Part shown: positions 54,000 through 64,000 of the stretch, one piece after another | How the letters are laid out: every line of letters starts with the position of its first letter | Numbering within the stretch: position 1 is the stretch's first letter | Source of the DNA: Moniliella sp. 'wahieum' | Taxonomy: Eukaryota | DNA length: 64,000 nt | Reading direction: 5' to 3' | Assembly (NCBI GenBank): GCA_003971905.1 | Contig: RSEE01000003.1 | Coordinates: 558,001-622,000, forward strand | Notes under the pieces: model-generated | Told to the model about the DNA's origin: nothing | Seen by the model: the letters and a program-made list of their open reading frames with translations, nothing else | Database searches by the model: none | Translations under genes and position numbers: made by a program

Positions 54000-56568
54000 A
54001 TGACGGTTGACTCGAAAGCTTCTCAGGATGGGGTTGCCGCCACGACCAACAATGATACCGACACGAAGAGCTGGACCACCCGTGAGATCCAAGATTTTGT
54101 CCACAAACACCATACCCTCCTGCTTCGCGAACTTGTCAGCCAGCGGAAGAGGGACAGGTACCTTCTTGAGCCGATTCCATGGCACACCATTATTTGGCGA
54201 GGGTTGGGTATCTCTGTCGCACTAAGGGTGGTACACGACTATACGGAATCATTCGCTAATCGCAAACTCGTTCAGTATGTTGCCGCTCCTTTTCTGATAC
54301 TCTACACCGAAATGCTGACAGCCCTGACACGTCCTTAGCTTATCTCTGGTTGCAGCAGAAAAGATGCTGCCACACGTTATCTCACCAGGTCAGCCCATTG
54401 TGCTTCAGAACTCCCGCATTCCTTACTCGACATACTGGCACAAAGACCCCCCGAAGATCATCTTGGGCACAGTTACCGATGTCCAGCCTGATCGATTGAA
54501 AGTTGTCGTGGCCCAGGTGGGCCGCAGTGTCTTTACCTCTCCGCCTGCTGTCAGGCTGGTTGCGCGAATCGACTATGCCACTTACGCTATACAGCTCGCT
54601 GCGCTGCATGCAATGGCTGAAGGCGTCGGTCTTAACATTCGCATGCCTAACGAGTTGCTGCAAGCTGGGCCAGGGCGTGTGCCCTCTTCTACTGTTGAAG
54701 CGGCGATGAGAGCATGAACTGCCCTATCACCAAGGGTACTGGTACGCTCAAGACACCCCTTACCCGTTCCCTATTGGATCCGACATCATTTTCGGAACAC
54801 TGGGTCACTGAGGGAAAGAAGAAGAACCAGGGCTACCTGCCCCCTTTTCTCCTTCCCAATTTCAACGCCAACCTTAATGAGCAACAAAGGCGTGCGATCC
54901 GCAACGTGCTCCGTTCCCCGATGTGGACCTTCCGTACCGCCTCCCCTTACGTGGAGCCAACGCTGCTGTACAACCACCGCCAGCGGAACCTTCTCACAAC
55001 CAGCAAGGTCAAGACGTGCGAACAACCGCGGGAGCTGCAACGGCTGCGTGATGCCCTCTCTCTTACCTCCCCTTTCACCTTATCCATGGGCCGCCTGGCA
55101 CGGGTAAGACCTCCACCATCGTTGAGCTTGTCCTCCAGGTCACGTTGGGGACCCAGATTCTGCCCGTCGCCCCTAAAGGAAACGCGCCCCCGCGCGCGAC
55201 CCGCATCCTCCTCTCTGCCCCTACCAATGCCGCGGTCGATAACCTTGCCCTCAAACTCCTCTCAGCTCTAGCAGCACCGATTGCAGACAATGCGGTCATG
55301 CTAACTCGGACCGGCAACCCCTCCCGCATGCAGAAAGACGTGCGGGATTTTGAAAAGCGCAAGCGCTCTATGCAAACGGCTAAGCCTCCGTCCAAAAAGG
55401 CCAAAGGCCAGCAGAAGAAAAAGGCTCCCGGCGTCCCTGAGATCTGGCTCGCCACACTCCATGGCACCGCCAAGCTGGAAGGTGACTTTGATTTGATTGT
55501 GATTGACGAAGCGGCGCAGGCGACTGAGGCGTTGAGTTGGATCCCACTCTTGCGCCAGGCTCGTCGGTGCCAGCTACTGTTGGTGGGTGACCCGTACCAG
55601 CTGGAGCCGATGGTGATCACTGGACCCAATACGAATTATGGCGTTTCGGGCTTGAAGGAGGGTTACCCGTCCACGCCCAAGTCCTTGCGCAATACCCTCT
55701 TCCAACGGCTGGAGGACAGCTACGTCCCTAGTGGAGTGGGGGCGAGCGTACACCGTACTGGTCCTTCAGCACTCACCTTGCTCACGACTCAATACCGTTT
55801 CAACACCCAAATCCAGTCATATCCCAGCGACGCCATGTACCATGGCGAGCTGGTTGCCTTCAGCCGCAACGCCGATACCAGGCTCAAGCTTGGCCCGCCG
55901 GCCAAGGTGGACTGGATTCCCGAGGTGGAAGGATTGCATCCTTACCTCCAGGCTCACCCCAAGCAGCGGAAGGTGATCTTCACACCTTCTCGCCTCATTG
56001 CCCGCCCCATTGTGGTGTACGATACGTCGAACCGAGAGATGAACGAGCAGATCAAGCTCACTCACTTTTCCAAAGCTTGGAGAACCCGTCCGAGGCCATG
56101 ATTGCGTTCCACCATCTCATTCTCCTGCTCAATAAAGGCGTGAAGGAGGAAGATGTGGTCCTGTTGACGCCCTATTCGGGCCAAGCCAATTTGCTGGCCA
56201 ACATGAAGCTGGTCAACCCAACCAACGGGAACCGCATTCGTGCCACCAAACTTTACCCACGCCTCAAGATCAGCACTGTGGACAGCATGCAAGGCCAGGA
56301 AGCAGACGTCGTTATTTTCCTCTCCGTGCGCTCCAACAGCGCAAAGAAAGTGGGCTTCTTGAGGAATGCACGTCGGTTGAACGTGGCCATCACCCGTCCG
56401 CGGAAACAACTGTGCGTCGTTGGGGACCTCGATACCCTCTCAGTAGAGGGGCGGGAGGGAGTTTCTGTCACAGTGGGCCTCGCAGTTGCGGGAGATGCCT
56501 CATCTGCCAATCCCACCTCTTGCGGCTTGAGTCTCGCCAAGGTGGGTGAGGGACATCGTGCATGGTAG
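54000..56568 (+). CDS. Upf1-like superfamily 1B helicase, Hcs1/IGHMBP2(SMUBP-2)-like, divergent; intron ~54275-54338
   Basis: Q 'LNEQQRRAI'; Walker A 'IHGPPGTGKTSTIVELV' (~55082); Ia 'LLSAPTNAAVDNL'; II 'IVIDEAAQATEALSWIPL'; III 'LVGDPYQLEP'; IV 'LTTQYRFN'; 'LTPYSGQ'; V 'STVDSMQGQEAD'; VI 'RRLNVAITRPR'. Confidence 0.9.
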
Positions 56569-57449
56569 GGCAAGTTATGAGAAGGACTTCTTTCTTTTCG
56601 ACCTTACTATCCGCCGCGTTGAGAAGCCTTGAAGCAAGTTTTTGGCTCGTCGATGTACGCACCTATCTTGCCGCAAGACTTCTCCCACGGGGTCTTAGTT
56701 CCTGTTGGCAGCGAGTTGGGATGCTTCCCCTTTCGTTGTGGCTCGCAGAACTCCTTCTTTTTTTTCACCTTCCATTGAGTGCGAGTTTTGGCTTTCTTTC
56801 CTCTTCATCTTCAGGCTCCATTCGTTGGTGTTATACCATTTTTTTCTTTTGGTGTCGTTCATGTTGCCCGTAGACCTGTTTCTTTCATCGTGAGGCCATT
56901 CATCACTGTGTCAACCAATCGTTGACCATAGGCCACCCCTGAGGTCAAGTCCAGGCCTCGGCGGTCTGAAGAGGTGCCTCTCCCTTTTCTCTCTATCCGT
57001 GTTACAAGTTTTTTGGTGTCCAATTGAAACTAGTACCAGTCTTTCCCCACTTCAATAGGTATATCCTGTGTCTTCGACGTCCATATACTTCAGTGTAATA
57101 CTCAGCACGATCGATAGGTTCGAGGTATTCTGGGTAGGGGTGAGGCCTCACCGGGTGCGGTCACAGCACGTGCTCCCCTGCGCCAACGGGAGCAGGCTGG
57201 GGCTGGTTTGCTTTCGTTGTGTTGTCTGGCCGATGCTCCCTGCTGACATGTGACAGCAACCTAATGTCATTGAGGTTCAAATTCAAAGACTGTGCTTCGT
57301 AGGTGGAGTTTTGCGGCCTAACAGAAGGGTTGGAAAACAACCGAGTCGGTTGCTCGCCTTCTTGGCCCTCTTCCTTCACCTTTTCGTCTTAGTGCCCATG
57401 ACTCATTCGGTCTTCCCTTTTGGTCCTTTGTCAGCGGCTAAAACGCTTG

Positions 57450-59600
57450 GGGCTCAGCCTGAGGCCGGCCTGAGCGCTCACGCTCACTAAGTACACATAC
57501 TGGCTTAGTGAGTACTGAGTTACTGAGTAGCCAACGTAGTAGTCACTAGGCTAGTCACTAGTCAACGTTGCGAATGACTAAAGTGGTTGTCCGTTCCCTC
57601 TTTCATCTCCTCTTGCCTCCGTCTCGGGGCCAGTGGGCTTTAGCCCCCTATAGGCGCTAGTACTTCACAAGCTTCACAACGGGTCACCGGTCACTGTCAT
57701 GGGCGGGCGCCGCCAGGGGGCCCGCCCTGGGGATTTTGGGGTACAATCCCTTAGGCGACGGTAGGTCGACTCACGGTAGTTTCGGGCTTAGGCTGGTTGG
57801 TGCGTCCGAGCGGAGCTAGGGACGAGGAGAGGCCTTTGGTGGGGCGGCTGCACGTGTGGCAAGGCTGCGTCTGCACCGGCTTGGGCCGTAGTAACGTGTC
57901 TGAAGCCTCCGAGACTTAGGGACGGGAGGAGGAGACAGCGGCGGACAAACACTGCCTCAACTGAGACTGGGAATCGCCGCGACCAAAGGAGGGCTCGCGC
58001 GATTGGACTGACGAAGGGCTGGAGGACGAGGTCGGAGGAGAAGTCGGACGCTAACAAGAGAAGCTGCCTGTACTGGATAAATTGGCTGAAACGGGCAGGA
58101 GTCGGACAGGATAGACGGGAAGGCGAGAGGATGACGAGAAAGGACGAGAAATGGAAGGTGGGGGAAAAGATCCCCATCAACCAGGGGTCAGGCAGGATCA
58201 AAAGGGAAACGGATACAAGAGGGGGTGTACAAAGGAAGACACGTCAAAGCGGGGTTGGTCGCCGCAGGCGCGACCGAGAAAGGAAAAGGAAACGGGACGA
58301 GGCGGCAGAGGCCGCCACGGCATTGGAAGCTCGGTGGCCTTATTTAGGCCGGCCGACGTGGACTTGGGCGGGAGGCGACTGTTGTCGCGCTGAGCATGGC
58401 CCTTCGGCCACGATACTTAATTTAGCCAACCATCATCACACTCGGTTGGCCTGCGGAGCACGCTCTACTGGGCATGTGCGGAGCAGGCGGGCCTTAGCTT
58501 GGGTCGGACCATCTCGTGTCCGCCGCAGCCCGTGACAGTCACCGGTCACCAGTCAACACACCTGTAACATATGTAACAGAGGTTCTTCTGGAACGTTTTA
58601 TACGCTCAACGTTCACACGTTCATCCCATCCACTGGCACCTATCTCTACCCTGTAACCATATCAGTGACGCGTGACGGAGCGTTTAAGACCGGGACAAAT
58701 AAACAGTTGCTGGCCCAAGCCGACCCGTTCATCCGGCGTGTGGAACGGTGAGACTGAAACGAAGTGGGCAGATGGAACGGTGGTTAAGGTGGCGAACAAG
58801 CTGGGGGGAAGCCCCAGCAGACCGGGCCGTAAGCCCGGTGGTCTCTAGTACTCAGTTACTCAGTACTAGTACTCAAGCTTCAAGTATACTCTCAGATCTC
58901 TCAGTACTCCAGCTGCTAGTAGGTTACGAAAAGTCACTACTAGTCACTAGTCACTAGTCACATGTCACATGTCACATGTCACATGTCACAGCCACGCTCG
59001 GATCCCACTCGGTTAGGTGAATTTTGAAACGTCAATAATCGTCGCTGTCGGCGCCGCTAGACCCTGGAGAGAGACCCCATATCCCCGGCCGAGGCCCCAG
59101 GCAGCTCTGCAGCCACGCGTTAGCGGTCAGGCAATGGACCGAGGGCCGCCACAGCTTCCGCCCCGCTTAAGCGTCAGGCCCAGGAGCTTAAGCTTCAAAG
59201 CGGGGAGCGCTCTGAAACACACAACTAAGTGCTGAACCTCTCAGCCTTCAGCTGACGCGCTGACGAAGCTTGAAGCTGCCTGCGGAAGATCCAGAGCATC
59301 GAGCATCTCAGTATCCGAGAAACAGTGACTAGTGTGACTTGGCATCCGCTCTGTCTCTCTCGCTACTAGCTCCGGGGCGAGGGGCACAAGGGTGCGCATG
59401 GTGGCTTAGCGCTTAAGGGGCCTAATCAGAAGCTGGCTGGTGGACTGGTACAGAACATAGGACAGACAGCCAGACAGGAGAGCTAAGTCATAGTTGCGCT
59501 TAATAGCTTAACGCCGCAATATCAATTGCCACCCTCCATGTTGGCACAGCTGCAGTGCCACAAATAATCTCTCGATCAACAGCGATCATCGATCACGGAC
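57450..59600. repeat. TNA/4-bp-palindrome islands between the helicase gene and the Pro-rich gene
   Basis: ggcc-tga-gcgc-tca (57467-57480); gtac-tca-agct-tca (58869-58882); tca-ctag-tca-ctag-tca-(catg-tca)x4 (58944-58988). Confidence 0.85.
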
Positions 59601-59773
59601 CATCCCGACCAGTCTTGCCTTCCGTTGCTCTCGCTTTCCATCTCCGCCAGCCTCTTCCCCCAATACTACAGCAATACCCTTACCCCTCCCTCCACCACGA
59701 TCCCTTCACTGCTCTCACTATCACTCATCCCTGCGTTCATATTCACCCACCTGCACGATACCAACCCAGCACC

Positions 59774-60795
59774 ATGTCTTCGACCGCCGTACTCCCTGGC
59801 TCTGAACCAAGGGGAGACGATGGAAGCAAGTGGCGCCTGCGTCTGGGCAAGCGTCCTTCTTGGGGCAGCACCACCCGGCTAGGCCGGCTGCTGACCAAGG
59901 CCAAAAGTGCTACCTCGCTTCGTACGGCCTTCCACAACCACCCACCCGCCATTCCTGTCTTGCCTTCTACTCTCCCGGCCCCAAGTGCACCTCCCGAAGG
60001 GTTTGCTGGCTTTGCTGGCACACATGACATCTCTGCGCCATCACGGGACCAATTTGCTCCGATGATGATGTCGCGCCCACCCGCGCCGGATCCTGGTATG
60101 CTGCCCCCCAGTCCAGAACAGAAAGGTTCAGACCAGCGCAAATCGGCCCTACCTCGCATGAAGATGCTCAAGCACCGTACCCCCATTCCAGCTGCCCCTA
60201 CCTCGCCCCCCTCTCGCCGGCAGTGACCGAAGATGCAGCAAGTCAAGCAACACTGGCATCCCCCGTGGCAATGGCACCGGTAACAGCACCGGTATCGGCG
60301 TCGGCGTCGACGCCGGCACCTGACCCTGACGAAGCAGATCAAGAAGTGGTAGAGGAGAGGCGGCCATCGACCCCGCCAACCCGAGGCGCAGGGATAGCAC
60401 CCTTCCGCTCTTACCAACCAAAGAATCTCCGCAAACCAGGTCGCCATCGCTCCTGCCTCCTTCCCCACAGAGCACGCTGGCCGGCCGCGAGGCCCACGAA
60501 GCGCGCTTGGTCAAAGTTCCCAGCGTGACGCACTTGCCATCTGTGAAGCTGACTGGCCGCACGCCACTACTGCGGGAAGCACGTTCGGCCGACCGTTTGG
60601 GTGGCCCAGCAGTGGCTGGGTGCTGAGCCCCCGACCCGACCGGCGTGGCGCATACGCAATCGTAGTGCCAGTCGGATCGCCGTCGGCACCGTTTCGCCAG
60701 ACGAGTTCAACTTTGCTGCAGGCCGGGCCCCTCGTACGCAACGCCCGCGTCAGCGCATGGTGTTGCCCTCCAAAGAGGAAGTTACGGCAGAATAG
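59774..60795 (+). CDS. Hypothetical Pro/Ser-rich protein
   Basis: ATG after a pyrimidine-rich leader; 'MSSTAVLPGSEPRG...LLTKAKSATSLRTAF'; ORFs tile to about 60795; no family recognised. Confidence 0.45.
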
Positions 60796-61731
60796 GGGAC
60801 TGCTTGCAGCGGGACAGAGGTGACGCGGACGCGGACGATGCGTTCGGTGTGTGTGTGTCTGTGAAGTAAAAGCATCGGTTAATGATTATGCTGTGTGATG
60901 CATGCATGGCAATGGGTAGGATGTGTTGTGGGAAAAGAAGAGTGTGTTTGCTGACCACTGCCGACCATAGATGGATGCTAGGGGGGTGGAGTGGGATGCA
61001 ATGGATGACACTGGTGGCTTGAAAGAACCTGGATGACTGGGACACTGTATTACTTGGTGTGGATAACCGGGTCGGATGAGGTAGATGGAAGGGCTGTGAC
61101 ATGTGCCGGGCCCGGCATGGGACGTGTGACAGCAACAGGAGATGGCTGTGTGACGCGTGTGACGGTGTGGCGCCACCGGCCATAAATGAGTACGAGTAAG
61201 GATTAACGATTAGCGATCGGCGCTGGGTCGTACGGCAGGCAGGGGCGGCGGACGAGAGATGCGGCGTAGCCTGGTGTAGCACCACCGGTAGCACCAAGAT
61301 GTTGCCGACTACCAAAACGATCCGTGCGTACCTGAGTATGAATGAGCTGCCTCTCTGCGGAGAGCGGCTGGCTCGTAGTGTGGGCGCGAGGTCGGGTGCG
61401 AGGTGCGGGATGAAGGCATGAGCACCGCCGGGGTAAGCAGCGCTAAACGCTCGCTTGCATCCCTCGCACTTCGGCATACACGCCTCATCGCTCATCGCTC
61501 ATCGGCCATCCGAAGTAGCGCTCAGTATAGACGCTCAGACAGCTCTAATACTTGTCGTAGACCAAGAAAGACGCCCGGGCTCTCCACCTGCTCGAGCAGA
61601 GCGTTGTAGCGACGGCCAGGAGGAGCTTGCTGCCCACCACGCCCACAGCACACATCAGTGTTTCCGTCTCACGGCGTCTGCCTCTCTGCCTCTTCGCTTC
61701 GCACTTTCGCCGTCGTCTTGGGTCCCATAAG

Positions 61732-64000
61732 ATGCCCTCCTGGTTTCGGCGCAAGACCGGTGACCCCTCCGCCGCCACGCCACCCGCCCTGCTGGGCCGT
61801 CTGGTGGGCGTGGACGAGGTCTGGGCAGGCGCTCCAGCCGAAGATCCCCATCACGCCCATGCCCACGGCACGGCCACAGCCACACCCTCCACACCAGCCC
61901 TCGGAGACATGCTCCGTGCCCAACTCGAGGCCCAGCGCTCCGCCCAGCAGCTCTTCCTTCAGCAGCAACGCCAGGCCCAGCAGGCCTTCGAGCGCCAGCA
62001 GCAGCTCGCCCTCCAGCAGTTCACCCAGCAGCAAGCCCAGCTCCAGCTCCAGTTCGAGAAGTACCGGGCACAGCTCCGCCAGGTCTACCCTGCCACTCCC
62101 CCCCATCCCCCTCCCCCTCCCCCTCTCTCTATTCCCGGCCTCTGCCTGCGCCGCCATCTGGGCCACCTGATGGGCCAGTGCCTGCGCCCCGCCGCGGCAT
62201 TCAACCTGCCTATCCTCCTAGCTCTAGCTTAGGTTCCCGCCTGCGCACGCGCCGACAGGATAGCCAGGGCAGTCTGCGCGACTTTGCTCAGGCGGTCAGC
62301 GACGCAGCTGAGCGCGCCATTGAGGGGCTCACTGCCGTTGGTCGCCGCGCCTCCCTTGACGTCAATCGTTCCGACGAAGGCGTCCGCAGCCGCAGTGAGG
62401 TGTCCCCACGTACTCGAGCCCGGACCCTTTCTTCCCCTGTTGCTGGCAGCAACCCTGCTCATCTTGGCCCACCCTCACCCCACCCTCTCGCTCGTCTTAC
62501 CCGTGCCGCGCGCAGCGCGACCGATATCCGCTTGAATGCCAACACTCTCGCCACTCCCCCGACCACGGCCCCTTCTGCCCAATTCTACACCGCCCCCCCC
62601 AGCCTGATGCATGGCGGGATACCTATTCCTGGAGAAGGTTCAGCCCATTCATTGGCATCAGCGTCGGCGTCGATTGAGGTCGATAATCTCGCCTCGGTCG
62701 GCAGCGTGCCCACCGTCGTGAACCACCCTCCGTCGGCCCGCCGGATGGTTGCGGCCGCCTCTCGTACCGCATGGACAGGGTTTGAGAGTTTCCGCAAACT
62801 GACGCGCAAGGCCTCCTTTACCGGTTCTATCGCCTCGCCTCCCCCGCGTTCCCTGGTCCCTGCTACAAGCGATTATCCCGGGGGCAACCTATTTGCTGCT
62901 GATTCGCCATCTCCGTCCATATTCAACGTGGATCCGAGCCAGGTGCCAGCGCGCTCCCGCCCTTCCACAGCCACCAGCACATCCACCTCCTCCACCCGTC
63001 TTGTGGCTCACCATGCCCTCATACCTTCTGGATCCCCGGCGAAAGACAAACCGTCCCGTCCATCGACTGCCAACACGTCCATCAGCTCCTCCATGCGCTT
63101 CCCACCACGATGGGGCGGGCACATGAGTCTGTCCTCGAACGAAGGTAGGGCGGCGACCTCCTTCGTTCGCAGGCCCGACTCTGCTGACAGCTCCAATCTA
63201 CACGGCCAGACCTCCTCCCAGGCCGGGCACTTCAACTCCACTATTACTGAACAGACATGGACTCGGAAAGAGTCCGACGACCCCCTCCTGCTTCCAGTAC
63301 CCATGATGATTCGAGCCCCCACTCTCATACTTCGCATGGACTGGGCGTACCTGCGCCTAATTCGTCCAACAACACGACCCGACACTGCTAGCTGGTGAAC
63401 TAATCGACGGTTCGCTTTCGGCTGCCAAAGCGCCCTCTTCAATACCACGGACCGGTGACATCCGTGACATCCCTCGTCGGTCTCATCGTTTGGCGGGCAA
63501 AATGAAGTCTCCGCACACTGTTGGATCCGAGGGCACCCACCCGCTCGTTTCGGCCACGTTGCCCCGGCCTGCATTAAGCAACAAGGAGAACCCGCTGGCG
63601 GGGCCGATGGATGCCTACAGGCTCGAGGCCCGCAAAGGCCAGGGGGAAAGCGAGAACGAAGTTGATTCGGGTATTTCGGATGCTTCCCACTCCATGTCGG
63701 AAAATGGCCAGGCGACTGTCGTCGGGTCTTCCGACACTCGAGCGCTCGGCCTGCTGGATACCTGGTCCATACCACCTCAAGCTCTGCCGCCCCTCCCTGT
63801 GAGCCCTCCCTGCCGCCCGCCCTGTGTTGACCATCCCACATTTTCACAGGAGGAGCCGGACGTCTCGTCTCCTCCCTCTGAGAAAAATGAGGTCACGGCA
63901 CAAGCGTTCAGGCCACCGACGCTGACGGCACGCAGGGCCAGCTCTCGCCGCCGCTCGTGCACCAGCTCGGCACGCTGGTCCGTCGGCTCGGGCTTGCACA
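61732..64000 (+). CDS. Hypothetical protein with a Gln-rich coiled coil and a long Ser/Pro-rich disordered region (likely runs off window)
   Basis: 'MPSWFRRKTGD...LRAQLEAQRSAQQLFLQQQRQAQQAFERQQQLALQQF', followed by the 406-codon Ser/Pro-rich ORF 62178-63398. Confidence 0.5.

Overview
Eukaryotic, GC-rich, gene-dense fungal DNA with short introns (about 44-70 nt). It is most consistent with a basidiomycete yeast, tentatively Ustilaginomycotina-like from the Cdc42 C-terminus and gene content. Recognisable genes: SPT8 (3' part), an Atg15-type lipase, CDC42, a degenerate eIF4A-like DEAD-box domain protein, SRV2/CAP, an alkaline ceramidase, cyclophilin A, two tandem paralogous 7TM (DUF6533-like) genes, a RING-PH-vWA Far1/Ste5-like scaffold, actin, a Mrn1/S. 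pombe Nrd1-like multi-RRM protein, a giant Tag1/DUF3712-like protein, a divergent Hcs1/IGHMBP2-like SF1 helicase and several hypothetical proteins. Almost every gene carries small indels, including actin, which I attribute to uncorrected long-read consensus error, so gene ends are approximate. The most striking unexplained signal is non-coding. Most intergenic and promoter regions contain islands built on a 7-nt grammar: a T-N-A triplet (TCA/TGA/TAA/TTA) alternating with a 4-bp palindrome. At least 14 of the 16 possible palindromes occur, and within a run the triplet and register are kept while the palindrome is swapped. A 554-bp MITE-like element with ~67-bp imperfect terminal inverted repeats lies upstream of the helicase gene.
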